Assembly: GCA_965215015.1 (NCBI GenBank)
Contig: OZ244042.1
Coordinates: 800,001-864,000, forward strand
DNA from: Candidatus Poribacteria bacterium
GTDB lineage: Bacteria; Poribacteria; WGA-4E; PCPOR2b
Reading direction: 5' to 3'
Length of the DNA stretch: 64,000 nucleotides
Shown here one piece after another: positions 21,118 to 31,385 of this stretch. Under the pieces are notes generated by a model. The model searched no databases and was not told the origin of the DNA. It saw only the letters and a list, made by a program, of their open reading frames with translations. Position 1 is the stretch's first letter; each line of letters opens with the position of its first letter. The position numbers and the translations under genes were made by a program.

Positions 21118-22136
21118 ACAGACATCACCTCCTGGATTGTCTCCACAACCCGCTCTTGCGAGGGGATGTAGGCATTTTCTAACGTTGGACTAAAGGGCAC
21201 GGGTGTGTGGGGTGCGGTGATACGCTTGATTGGTGCCTCAAGGCTATAGAACGCCTCGTCCGCTGCTAACGCCGCGATGTCCGTAGCAAGACTGCACCGC
21301 GGGGTGTCCTCATCGACAATCACGAGGCGACCTGTTTTCTCCACCGAATCCAGAATGGTTCCACCGTCCAACGGGCTAAGTGTTCGTGGATCTATGACCT
21401 CAACACTGACCCCCTCAGCTGCAAGCGTCTCCGCTGCAGATAGTGCTACGTTGACCATCTTTGCAATGGCGACGATGGTCACATCGCTGCCTCCGCGTCT
21501 AATTTCTGCTTTGCCCAAGGGTACGGTGTACGGGTCTTCGGGCACGGGTCCCTTTTCACCCAGCAGCGTCTTGTGTTCAAGGAAAAACACGGGGTCGTCA
21601 TCCCGAATGGCGGCAATCATCAGTCCCTTGGCATCGTAGGGTGTGGTGGGGATTACCACCTTTAAGCCGGGAATGTGGGTGAAAATGGAGTAGAGGCTCT
21701 GAGAGTGCTGTGCCGCTGCGTTCACCCCTGCCCCAATCAGCGCACGGATGACCATCGGGACCTTCGCCTTGCCGCCGAACATGTAACGCAGTTTCGCGCC
21801 TTGATTGTAAATCTGATCCATCGGGATACCAAAGAAATCAATGAACATCAACGCAGCGATGGGTCGCAAGCCTGTTGCCGCCGCACCAACGGCTGCGCCA
21901 ATAAAACCAGCCTCGCTGATCGGCGTGTCGCGCACTCGATTGCGTCCAAATTTGCTTACCAGTCCTCGGGTGATGCCCATCGGGCCTCCCCAAGAATCCT
22001 CTGCACCCGGCTCGTCCGATCCAGCACCACCAACGATATCCTCACCCATCATAATGACCGTGGAGTCGCGCTCCATCTCTTGATGGAGCGCCTCACGGAT
22101 AGCCAGCCCAAGCGTCATTGTACGTTCTTCGCCCAT
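21114..22136 (-). CDS. acoB: TPP-dependent dehydrogenase E1 beta (AcoB-like)
   Basis: 'RVRDTPISE', 'AKLRYMFGGKAKVP', 'AAQHSQ'. Confidence 0.88.
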   Translation of the reverse strand: MGEERTMTLGLAIREALHQEMERDSTVIMMGEDIVGGAGSDEPGAEDSWGGPMGITRGLVSKFGRNRVRDTPISEAGFIGAAVGAAATGLRPIAALMFIDFFGIPMDQIYNQGAKLRYMFGGKAKVPMVIRALIGAGVNAAAQHSQSLYSIFTHIPGLKVVIPTTPYDAKGLMIAAIRDDDPVFFLEHKTLLGEKGPVPEDPYTVPLGKAEIRRGGSDVTIVAIAKMVNVALSAAETLAAEGVSVEVIDPRTLSPLDGGTILDSVEKTGRLVIVDEDTPRCSLATDIAALAADEAFYSLEAPIKRITAPHTPVPFSPTLENAYIPSQERVVETIQEVMSV

Positions 22137-23116
22137 TATATTGCCTCCTCATAATTAACGTAAACGTCTGTCGTTACCTCGCTTGCATCAGGGAAGGGGC
22201 TGTTTGCTGCAAATTTGACAGCCGCCTCAATTGCGTCAGCGACCTGTGCATCAATTGCGTCCAGTTCGTCCTCCCCTAACAATCCTTGTTCAGTAACACG
22301 GTCACGGAACCGTTGGAGGGCACAATGTTTGGTCCGATACTCCTCAATTTCCTCCCTTGACCGATACCCCTGCGTATCGCCTTCGTAGTGACCATAAAAG
22401 CGGTAGGTCTGGCACTCTAACAGTGTGGGACCGTCTCCCGCCCGCGCCCTGTCAATGGCCGCACCTGTTGTCTCATAAACGTCGAAGAGATCTAAGCCAT
22501 CAACAGTAACGCCGGGGATGCCGTAGGCTTGGGCACGTGCGGCGATGTCCCCGCCGGCAGAGGCGTACTTCACGCTCGTGGATTGGGCGTAACGGTTGTT
22601 TTCTACAACAAATATCGCGGGAAGTTTCCAGATAGCTGCCAAGTTCAAGCCCTCGTGGAAGGTGCCTTCGTTCGCACCACCATCTCCAAAAAAACTGACA
22701 GCAACTGCTCCGCTGCCCTGTACCTGTGCTGTGAGTGCTGCCCCGCAAGCCAGCGGAACACCGCCGCCGACAATACCGTTAGCACCGAGCATGCCCCGGT
22801 CAATATCAGCAATGTGCATGGAGCCGCCCTTACCTTTGCAGGCACCGGTAGCGCGTCCATACAACTCAGCCATCATCTCGTTGACACCGACACCTTTGGC
22901 AATGCAGTGGCCGTGACCGCGGTGGGTGCTGGTGATGCTGTCCGCATCGGACAGGTGAGCACAGACGCCGACCGCCACCGCCTCCTCCCCCGCGTAAAGG
23001 TGGACGAAGCCCGGAATTCGGCCGGCGGCGTATTCGTCGTGCACCCGATCCTCGAACTTGCGGATGGTGACCATCCGCTCATAGATTTCAAGTAGTTTGT
23101 CCCTTGGCATGTCCAT
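22136..23116 (-). CDS. acoA: TPP-dependent dehydrogenase E1 alpha (AcoA-like)
   Basis: 'IPGFVHLYAGEEA', 'HRGHGH', 'GKGGSMH', TPP motif 'GDGG...ENN'. Confidence 0.88.
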   Translation of the reverse strand: MDMPRDKLLEIYERMVTIRKFEDRVHDEYAAGRIPGFVHLYAGEEAVAVGVCAHLSDADSITSTHRGHGHCIAKGVGVNEMMAELYGRATGACKGKGGSMHIADIDRGMLGANGIVGGGVPLACGAALTAQVQGSGAVAVSFFGDGGANEGTFHEGLNLAAIWKLPAIFVVENNRYAQSTSVKYASAGGDIAARAQAYGIPGVTVDGLDLFDVYETTGAAIDRARAGDGPTLLECQTYRFYGHYEGDTQGYRSREEIEEYRTKHCALQRFRDRVTEQGLLGEDELDAIDAQVADAIEAAVKFAANSPFPDASEVTTDVYVNYEEAI

Positions 23117-23139
23117 ACGATTCTCCTTAATTTATGTTG

Positions 23140-23991
23140 TCAGCTCATAGATGAACCACCGGCGACATTAATAGCGAGGCCGGTGAGATAATCAGATTCA
23201 GATGAAGCGAGAAAAGCCGTCGTTTTCGCCACATCTTCTCCTACGGCAACCCGCCCCAAGGGAACTCTCGAATCGCGTTGCTTCATTGCCTCAGCGTGCC
23301 GTCCACTCGCCCGCCACTCTTCGCCGGATATATCCTCCGACGATAGAGCAGCCGCTATGTAACTCCACCGTTCCGTATCAACAACACCGGGACAGATGGC
23401 GTTCACGTTAATATGGTAGGGTGCTAATTCTTGTGCCAAGGCTTGCGTGAAGCCGATTACTCCGAATTTAGAGGAGGCATAAGCTGCGAAACGTGCCGAA
23501 CCGCTTTTGCCCGATACGGAGGACATGGTAATGATTTTTCCACCCCCGCCGCGGTCTATCATATGCCGAGCAACAGCTCTACAGCAGAGAAAGGTCCCTT
23601 TGAGGTTAATTCTGTGCACGGTATCCCACGCCCCTTCCTCTAGTTCAACCACCGGCACACGATCTGGACCAGGACGTGAGCCAGCATTGCTCACCAAGAT
23701 GTCAATATGCCCGAACCGCTCAACGCCCTCATTCACCAGCGCGTCCACCTGATCGGCGTCAGATACATCTGCTAAGATAGTCACTGCCTGCCGCCCCAAT
23801 GTCTCAATTTCACGGACAACGGAAGGAGCTCCCTCCCAATCGTTTGAATCATAGGCATAAGGATTATCGACAATGTCATTGACAATGACATCGGCCCCCT
23901 CCTTGGCAAGGCGTGTGGCAATCGCACGACCAATGCCGTATTCACCACCCGCGCCTGTTACTAGGGCAACTTTTCCGTTAAGATTGTACAT
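23140..23991 (-). CDS. SDR family oxidoreductase
   Basis: 'VTGAGGEYGIG', 'SNAG', 'YASSK'. Confidence 0.93.
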   Translation of the reverse strand: MYNLNGKVALVTGAGGEYGIGRAIATRLAKEGADVIVNDIVDNPYAYDSNDWEGAPSVVREIETLGRQAVTILADVSDADQVDALVNEGVERFGHIDILVSNAGSRPGPDRVPVVELEEGAWDTVHRINLKGTFLCCRAVARHMIDRGGGGKIITMSSVSGKSGSARFAAYASSKFGVIGFTQALAQELAPYHINVNAICPGVVDTERWSYIAAALSSEDISGEEWRASGRHAEAMKQRDSRVPLGRVAVGEDVAKTTAFLASSESDYLTGLAINVAGGSSMS

Positions 23992-24093
23992 ATAATTTCC
24001 CTTCTGCTGACCGGCTTTGTATGAGCCCCTCGAACGGAAACAGATTCGTTTCTGCTGGCTAAGTTTTGATCCTCGACTAACCAGCCAAGAGAC

Positions 24094-24960
24094 TCACTCT
24101 CCTTCCCGGCGGGGTCTCACTAGTGTGGTGCCATCCGCCTCAATCAGCGGGCGATGGTAAATGTACGGCGGCTCCAGCACTGCTTGCTGGGCTTCAGTCA
24201 GTTCAGAGAGCCACTCCGGCATATTTGCTTCGTAATAGCCCCCGTGATAGTGGAGGTACTTGGGAGTATAGCGGTAGAGGGCTGTGCGTCTCTCACCCTT
24301 TCCCTTCCAAGGGAGGGTGCCGTGGGTGGTGGCTTCGTTGAAGATGACCAAATCACCAGCCGAAAGGGGGATATGATAGACAATCTCCCGGTCGGTTTCC
24401 CATAACAGGATGTCTTCGGGACAGGGGTAGTTGGCTTTGTGGCTGCCCGGTATGACACACAGACCACCATCGCCGGGATTCACATCCGTCATGTAAAACT
24501 GGCAGTTGATTAGACCGCAGCGCATTCTACCGTTTTGGTAGGCGTAGAAGCGGGATCCGTTGAAAGTGACGTTGCCATCGCCATGAAGACGCAGCCCCTC
24601 GGCACCGGCTGTGGAGGTTAGTATATCGGGCGCGTGGTCCAGTTTCCAACCGCGACCCAGCAAGGTATTGAGGTAAGGGATGAGCTTGGGATGGGCTAAC
24701 AAATCGCGAAAAGGCTGACACCAAGGATGCTCCCAAGTTAGCATACCGCTGATATGACCGCGGAGGTGTGTTCCCTCCAACTGGGCCCCAACTGCGCGAC
24801 TGGTGTGTTCGCCATGTTTATCTAGGTTGGCGTCGACAGCTTCGTTCAGGTGTTTCACCTCGGCGGTCGAGAGCAAACCTCTGACGACGAGAAAGCCCTG
24901 CAGATCGAACAGGTATTTTTCTCGCTCGCTCATTGTGGGGAACTGTTCTGCTTCGTACAT
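24094..24960 (-). CDS. PhyH family Fe(II)/2OG oxygenase
   Basis: 'YLFDLQGFLV', 'LHGD', 'IPGSHK', 'THGTLPW'; GGAGG RBS before ATG 24960. Confidence 0.88.
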   Translation of the reverse strand: MYEAEQFPTMSEREKYLFDLQGFLVVRGLLSTAEVKHLNEAVDANLDKHGEHTSRAVGAQLEGTHLRGHISGMLTWEHPWCQPFRDLLAHPKLIPYLNTLLGRGWKLDHAPDILTSTAGAEGLRLHGDGNVTFNGSRFYAYQNGRMRCGLINCQFYMTDVNPGDGGLCVIPGSHKANYPCPEDILLWETDREIVYHIPLSAGDLVIFNEATTHGTLPWKGKGERRTALYRYTPKYLHYHGGYYEANMPEWLSELTEAQQAVLEPPYIYHRPLIEADGTTLVRPRREGE

Positions 24961-25383
24961 AATTGCCACCTCCCGTTTGGCGTGTGAATTAATGATACCC
25001 AAGCGCGGGGTCGAGGACACCAATCGGTGCCCTTATTACCAAAGGGTAATTACTATACCACCGCCCCCCAATCGAGTCAAGCGAAAACCGATCACGACAA
25101 TAGGGGATTGCATCTGTTATAGAAATTACACAGCAGGGATCACAGGCTAGGAAACCTATGGCTACGAGTACATTTCCATTGTCGTATGCTCAAGTCCCAT
25201 ACACTGTTTACATGCAATTACCCTAATCACGATAACGTTTTCTGTTGACGCTATAGAACAATCGTGATATAAAAATAGGGGTGATACGTTATTATTTCCT
25301 CAACTCAAGAGACTAGTAGGCTATCCTACCGGCGACAGAATCAACCTAGTCAGGATTGCGCCTAAACGCAAGGAGGCTTTCTC

Positions 25384-26451
25384 ATGAAACTCGGTTTCTT
25401 CACAATGCCACTGCATCCGCCGGGCGCGGATTTCACGAAGACCTTGGATCACGACATGGAGCAAGTGGTGACACTGGACAAGTTGGGCTACACGGAGGCG
25501 TGGATTGGTGAGCACTTCACTTTTGAATGGGAAAATATTCCATCCCCTGAGCTCTTCATCGCAAATGCTTTGGGGTTGACCAAAAACATCGTCTTCGGCA
25601 CGGGTGTCACATGTATGCCCATCCACAACCCGGCTGCCGTTGCCCATCGGATCGCTCAACTTGACCATCTCGCGCACGGACGTTTCTATTGGGGCGTCGG
25701 TTCTAGTGCCATACCGGGGGACTGCGAGATGTTTGGATTCGCCGCGGACGGTGACCGGCGAAAGGCAACACGAGAAGGGATCGAGGCGGTGCTACAAATT
25801 TGGGAGGACCCCAAACCGGGCCTATATGAAACCGAGTACTGGCGTTATAAGATTCCTGAACCGGTGGAAGATATCGGCTTAAAGGTTCACATCAAGCCGT
25901 ATCAGAAGCCGCACCCGCCTATCGCGATGGGAGGCGTTTCACCCAGATCGGATACGCTGATATTGGCAGGCGAGCGGGGTTGGATTCCGATGAGCCTCAA
26001 TCTGATACCTGTAGAGGTCATCCAGACACACTGGGAAGCTGTGGAAGAAGGCGCGCAGAAAGCGGGGCGTACTCCAGATCGGTCAATATGGCGTATCGCC
26101 CGAGAGATTTATATCGCAGACACCACCGAGCAGGCACGTCAGGAGGCACTAGCGGGAGTCCTCGCACGCGACTTCAATGAATACTGGTTCAAACTCCTAC
26201 CTAAAGAACGATTCAAGAGAGATCCCAATATGCCCAACGATGCAGTAACAGTCGAGTGGCTACTCGACAACCTCTGGATTGTCGGAAGTCCCGACGATGT
26301 CGCCAATCAATTGCGTCAATTATACGAGGACGTGGGGGGGTTTGGCGTACTCTTGGCGATGGGGCACGAATGGGACCCCAAGGAGAAGTGGATCAATTCT
26401 ATGACACTACTTATTAACGAGGTGATACCCAAATTGGCAGACCTGACATAG
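25384..26451 (+). CDS. LLM (luciferase-like) flavin-dependent oxidoreductase
   Basis: 'FFTMPLHPP', 'WIGEH', 'KPYQKPHPPIA', 'VGSPD'. Confidence 0.92.
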   Translation: MKLGFFTMPLHPPGADFTKTLDHDMEQVVTLDKLGYTEAWIGEHFTFEWENIPSPELFIANALGLTKNIVFGTGVTCMPIHNPAAVAHRIAQLDHLAHGRFYWGVGSSAIPGDCEMFGFAADGDRRKATREGIEAVLQIWEDPKPGLYETEYWRYKIPEPVEDIGLKVHIKPYQKPHPPIAMGGVSPRSDTLILAGERGWIPMSLNLIPVEVIQTHWEAVEEGAQKAGRTPDRSIWRIAREIYIADTTEQARQEALAGVLARDFNEYWFKLLPKERFKRDPNMPNDAVTVEWLLDNLWIVGSPDDVANQLRQLYEDVGGFGVLLAMGHEWDPKEKWINSMTLLINEVIPKLADLT

Positions 26452-26481
26452 GCCACGATCGGGGCTTTCAGGAGGTAGGAT

Positions 26482-27246
26482 ATGCGTTTAAAGGACAAAG
26501 TAGCACTGGTTACAGGTGGCGGTTCCGGCATTGGACACGCGACATCGGTGCTATTCGCTGGACAGGGAGCGAAAGTGATTGTCTCCGATTTGAACGAGGC
26601 GAACGCGCTCGAAACTGTTGCGAAAATAAAAGCTGGGGAAGGTGATGCCACCGCTCTCACGGGAGATGTATCGAAGAACACCGATGCTGAGGCGATGGTG
26701 AAAGGTGCGGTAGAGACTTATGGCAGTCTAGATGTTGTGGTCAACTGCGCCGGGGTTATCGCCGGTAAAGCACTCCCGAAAGGCGCGTCTCCTGAGGAGG
26801 TATGGGATCGTGTGATGGACGTTAACCTGAAGGGTACCTATTTGGTAACGTGGTATGCGGTGCGGACGATGGAACAATCTGATGGCGGTTCGATAATCAA
26901 CATTGCCTCCATCAACGGACTGGTAGGCTATCCGATTGGCCTCGGCGGCGGCTTCGACGCATATGTTCCCTCAAAGGGAGGCGTGGTTCAGTTCACCAAA
27001 AACTTGGCTATCGACTACGGCAAGAAGAACATCCGTGTGAATTGCATCTGCCCCGGGCACATAGACACCAATCTAATCCGCGAGTTTGTCCAAGAACAGC
27101 GTGAATGGTTGGAGCAGCGTTATCCAATGGGGCGGATTGGCCGTCCCGAAGAGATTGCTTACGCGGCACTCTTTCTAGCGTCGGATGAATCCTCTTTTGT
27201 GACGGGGGCTCCGCTTATTGTCGATGGCGGGTATACAGCGCAGTAG
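26482..27246 (+). CDS. SDR family oxidoreductase
   Basis: 'TGGGSGIG', 'NCAG', 'YVPSK', 'VDGGYTA'. Confidence 0.93.
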   Translation: MRLKDKVALVTGGGSGIGHATSVLFAGQGAKVIVSDLNEANALETVAKIKAGEGDATALTGDVSKNTDAEAMVKGAVETYGSLDVVVNCAGVIAGKALPKGASPEEVWDRVMDVNLKGTYLVTWYAVRTMEQSDGGSIINIASINGLVGYPIGLGGGFDAYVPSKGGVVQFTKNLAIDYGKKNIRVNCICPGHIDTNLIREFVQEQREWLEQRYPMGRIGRPEEIAYAALFLASDESSFVTGAPLIVDGGYTAQ

Positions 27247-27401
27247 ATCGGACTTATCGATCGAGGAGATATAAGGGAAGACTTAGGAATGGGGAAATCT
27301 TTCTTAGGTAGATCCTTAATAGAGCCCGGCTTTTGTTGTCTTTTTTTTATTCATTCGTGATAGCATTTCCGCTAGCGTTGTGATTCGACTAAGAACTTTA
27401 G

Positions 27402-27744
27402 TTAGTAATCTCCCCAGCACTGAATCTTATTGCTTTCAGGATCTGAAATATCGAAACACCCTAATCCAGCCTCATTTTTTGACGGTTTCAACCGCAACCC
27501 CTTCGCTTTGAGAGCATCAGGAACGGCTTTTACGCTCTTGACGTGAAAGACAATCTTTTGTCTGCCGCCGTTAGGTTTGCCTGAACCATGAAGACAGAGT
27601 TTACACTGCCCTGTGTTAAAGCGGAAAAAGCTATCAACCGGAAACGGTTGTTTTCCGTCGGGATGTAAGCCGACAATATTCTTAATAAAATGCGGTAATA
27701 GCCTCCATGTCTTTGGCAAAGAGTATAATGCTTCCTATATCCAT
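27402..27744 (-). pseudogene. VOC/glyoxalase family protein with a frameshift
   Basis: AGGAG-ATG 27744 reads MDIGSIILFAKDMEAITAFY*; removing one T near 27685 continues 'KNIVGL...FDISDPESNKIQ'. Confidence 0.75.
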
Positions 27745-27931
27745 GAGATTGCTCCTATAATGTAACGTTAGTTGAAGTATATACGCGTAATTTAGGTGCG
27801 CGCCATGCTATAGCCGATGACTCACTTCATTGAAATCGGGGTTTTCAACTTAAAAGAAGATTAACATCAGCAAAACACGCTATAATACATCGAAAAACAC
27901 TTGTCAACAAAAAAGAGGCCCGATCCAAGTC

Positions 27932-28132
27932 AAGACTTACGCGGTTGAACGCTCGAAGCCTTGTAATTCGGCGATGAATCAGGCAGCTACAGTTAATCCC
28001 ATAGTAGTAGGCACACTCCGTCGTGCCATCCTCCCGCAAGCGGGGAGGGGGGGTTACGGCATACGCCGTATGCCTACTACCTTAAAGACGCGGGTTGAAT
28101 TGCGCGACTACAAACTCAAATGCGTAACTCCT
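27932..28132. mobile_element. MITE-like element (AGGACTTACGCA family) containing a GTAGTAGGCA...TGCCTACTAC hairpin
   Basis: Left end aagacttacgcggttgaac; right end tgcgtaactcct. Confidence 0.6.
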
Positions 28133-28252
28133 CATTCACTTAAATTTTTTGATAACAATCCTTCCTTTGCTGATCAAGGAAGATTGATAAACTATGAGTA
28201 GCCATAGGTCAGCCGTTTGAAAAACAGATGGTAGACCAATAAGGAGAAACCA

Positions 28253-29074
28253 ATGACCGCGCGACCTGATTATGACCTCGATTTAAAACTTGCCGAATTG
28301 AAGATTAACGGTTACGTTACTTTTGAAGACTTGATACCTGTTGAGACAATCGATCGGATACGTAAAGCGTTTCTGCCCCTTCTGGAAGTGGTGAAGACTC
28401 ACAGCAATACGCAAGGCGAAGATGTCAAGGTACGTGGACATACCGATGATCGGCTTGTCGTGGAGGGGTGTCTACAGATTGTCAATCGTTACACAATGTA
28501 TGTTCCTTGGGAACAACCCTTCGCCGACTCCCAGATTTTCGAGAACCCGGTGCTGCTCGCCTTTCTCGACCGGTATTGGGGCACCAGCGACTATCATATT
28601 ACTTGCTACCATTCAAACAACCCGTATCCTGGCAGCGAGTACCAGCGGTGGCATCGAGATGCAGGGATTTCCAAACTAGTCCCTCACGTCGGTTTAGAAG
28701 TTTGTCCCCATTTTGGTATCAAGTTTCCATTGGTCGATACCTATGAAGAAAATGGGAGTTTTGAAATCTTGCCCGCCACCCAATACCTCGCTGATCCAGA
28801 GTTGGAAGATCGTTACGACGAATTGCTGACAAAAGGCGACTTCCCCACAGCACGCCGTCTCGACCTGAAGAAGGGAACGCTATGGATTCAAGACCCACGG
28901 ACACTCCACCGTGGGACCCCCAACCGCGCTGACCACCCCAGACCGGAGTTGGTGATCTGCTATTCCCTTCCTTGGTTCGCGATGCGTAAACCGATTGAGA
29001 TGACCCAGACAGAATTTGACAAACTTTCTAAACGAGGCAAGGAGATGCTCTCTCGGTGCGAGATAATTGAATAA
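28253..29074 (+). CDS. PhyH family Fe(II)/2OG oxygenase
   Basis: 'QRWHRD', 'PLVD..EENG', 'LHRGTPN'. Confidence 0.88.
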   Translation: MTARPDYDLDLKLAELKINGYVTFEDLIPVETIDRIRKAFLPLLEVVKTHSNTQGEDVKVRGHTDDRLVVEGCLQIVNRYTMYVPWEQPFADSQIFENPVLLAFLDRYWGTSDYHITCYHSNNPYPGSEYQRWHRDAGISKLVPHVGLEVCPHFGIKFPLVDTYEENGSFEILPATQYLADPELEDRYDELLTKGDFPTARRLDLKKGTLWIQDPRTLHRGTPNRADHPRPELVICYSLPWFAMRKPIEMTQTEFDKLSKRGKEMLSRCEIIE

Positions 29075-29139
29075 CGGTGTCAAAGCCGCTTTGGGTGGAA
29101 CACACGTAGAAACTCAACAACCTTTAGGGAGGAAACACA

Positions 29140-29973
29140 ATGAAAACGCTCAACAGTTTAACCCGATTAACCGTGGGAGTCATCGGTCTTGTGCTGATCA
29201 GCAGTTTGATGATGATTGGTATTTATGCACAGGCAGACACAGCGAAAGAACAACTGGAGAAATCGCCGCGGCACGGAGAGTGGGTGAAAATTTCCACAGA
29301 GAGCGGCCGCGAGATCAGTGCCTTTATCGTTTTCCCTGAGATTAAGGAGAATGCGACCTCGGTGATTGTCATCCATGAGATTTTTGGTCTAACAGATTGG
29401 ATCAGGCAGGTCGGTGATGAACTTGCGAAAGCGGGCTTTGTCGCGATCTGTCCCGATTTCCTTTCCGGGATGGCGCCAAATGGAGGCGGCACCGACAGCT
29501 TCGGGGCTGGCGATAATGTCCGACGGGCGATTCGGGACCTAGACCCGGACCAAATCACAACCGACCTCAAAGCGGTGATGAAATACGTCCGTGATCTGCC
29601 CTCGACGACAGATGCAGTCGCTGTGAGTGGATTCTGTTGGGGTGGTAGGCAATCGTTCCGCTTTGCCACCAATGACAATTCATTAAAAGCTGCTTTCGTT
29701 TTCTATGGCAGCCCCCCGGATGCAACGACATTAGGGAAGATTACCTGTCCAGTCTACGGTTTTTACGGTGAGAGTGACAACCGAATCAACTCGACTATTG
29801 AATCAACAAAAGCAGCCGCAAAATCCGCCGGCATCATCTATGAACCATTGGTCTATTCCGGTGTAGGTCACGGTTTCTTGAGACGAGGCATGGCTGCAGA
29901 GGCGAGTGAAGTTCAGAAAACCGCAACCCGTGAAGCGTGGGAACGATGGGTGAATTTGCTAAATAAGCACTAA
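29140..29973 (+). CDS. Secreted dienelactone hydrolase family protein
   Basis: Signal peptide, 'HEIFGL', nucleophile 'GFCWGG', 'GHGF'. Confidence 0.93.
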   Translation: MKTLNSLTRLTVGVIGLVLISSLMMIGIYAQADTAKEQLEKSPRHGEWVKISTESGREISAFIVFPEIKENATSVIVIHEIFGLTDWIRQVGDELAKAGFVAICPDFLSGMAPNGGGTDSFGAGDNVRRAIRDLDPDQITTDLKAVMKYVRDLPSTTDAVAVSGFCWGGRQSFRFATNDNSLKAAFVFYGSPPDATTLGKITCPVYGFYGESDNRINSTIESTKAAAKSAGIIYEPLVYSGVGHGFLRRGMAAEASEVQKTATREAWERWVNLLNKH

Positions 29974-30006
29974 AAAATACAACTTTAACACAGGAGAAAT
30001 TTTTCA

Positions 30007-31347
30007 ATGAAAAGGACAATAACCACCTTTATCTGTTTTTGTGTAATTTCAACTTTTTTGTGGGGGATGGACTCGCAGTCAGATTTCGAGAGATATTGGC
30101 ACCAGTGGCGGGGCCCTGAGGCTTCCGGCGTCGCACCACACGGGGATCCACCCATCGAGTGGAACGAAAACAAAAACATCCGGTGGAAAACTGAGATTCC
30201 GGGTCAAGGACACGCCACCCCAATTGTGTGGGGCGATACCGTTTTTGTTACAACCGCCATCAAGACCGACCAGCAGGTCAAACTAGAGCCGATCGAAGCA
30301 CCACAACAGCGCAGAGGTCGCCGAGGCCGCTCCGCAGCTCCATCATCTATCCACCAGTTTGTAATTTTCGCTATTAACCGTTCTGACGGTAGCATCCGTT
30401 GGCAGCGGACCACCCGTGAAGAAGTGCCGCATGAGGGAACACATCAGACCGGCAGCTGGGCGGCAAATTCCCCGGTCACCGACGGGGAGCATGTTTATGC
30501 CTACTTTGGTTCTCGCGGCCTCTACTGTTATAACATGGAGGGAAATCTCCAGTGGGAGAAAGACTTTGGGGATATGAGCATCAGACGCAGTTTCGGTGAA
30601 GGCAGTTCACCGGTGCTTTATGGTGATACCATCGTTCTTAACTGGGATCACGAAGGGAATTCGTTCATTATCGCGCTGGACAAGCGAACGGGTGAAGAAC
30701 TTTGGAAAGTGGACCGAGATGAAGTCACATCGTGGGCAACGCCAATCGTCGTTGAACACAATGGGAATCATCAAGTGATTATCAATGCAACGCACCGCAC
30801 ACGCGGCTATGATCTGGCGACAGGGGAAATGCTCTGGGAATGCGGTGGTATGACAACCAACACAATTCCATCGCCTGTGACAGCGAACGGCATTGTCTAC
30901 GTCACCAGCGGCTTCCGCGGCAACGCTTTGCAAGCGATTCGTCTCGCCGATGCGGAAGGAGACATTACCCGTACAGCAGCGATCGCCTGGGAGTATGATA
31001 GGGATACCCCGTACGTGCCCTCCCCGCTGCTCTATGACGATACACTCTATTTCCTGAAACACAACAGAGGAATGCTCTCCGCCTTCAACGCCAGTACCGG
31101 TGAGGCTTACTATGGCCCGGAGCGTCTAGAAGGCATATCGGATGTCTATGCCTCACCGGTTGGTGCGGGGAACCGTATCTACATCGCGGATAGAGACGGT
31201 GTTACGCTGGTAATCAAACACGGCTCCACCTTTGAGGTCCTTGCTGAAAATATTCTTGACGATGGTTTCAACGCCTCACCCGCAATCGTAGGCAAGGAGA
31301 TGTTCCTACGTGGGAACAAATCTCTCTACTGCATTGCGTCGGATTAA
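30007..31347 (+). CDS. PQQ-binding-like beta-propeller repeat protein
   Basis: Signal peptide, 'WHQWRGP', repeated 'SPV', 'ALDKRTGEELW'. Confidence 0.9.
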   Translation: MKRTITTFICFCVISTFLWGMDSQSDFERYWHQWRGPEASGVAPHGDPPIEWNENKNIRWKTEIPGQGHATPIVWGDTVFVTTAIKTDQQVKLEPIEAPQQRRGRRGRSAAPSSIHQFVIFAINRSDGSIRWQRTTREEVPHEGTHQTGSWAANSPVTDGEHVYAYFGSRGLYCYNMEGNLQWEKDFGDMSIRRSFGEGSSPVLYGDTIVLNWDHEGNSFIIALDKRTGEELWKVDRDEVTSWATPIVVEHNGNHQVIINATHRTRGYDLATGEMLWECGGMTTNTIPSPVTANGIVYVTSGFRGNALQAIRLADAEGDITRTAAIAWEYDRDTPYVPSPLLYDDTLYFLKHNRGMLSAFNASTGEAYYGPERLEGISDVYASPVGAGNRIYIADRDGVTLVIKHGSTFEVLAENILDDGFNASPAIVGKEMFLRGNKSLYCIASD

Positions 31348-31385
31348 CTTAGCACCCAATATGCTAGAAAGAAAACTAAATAAAA

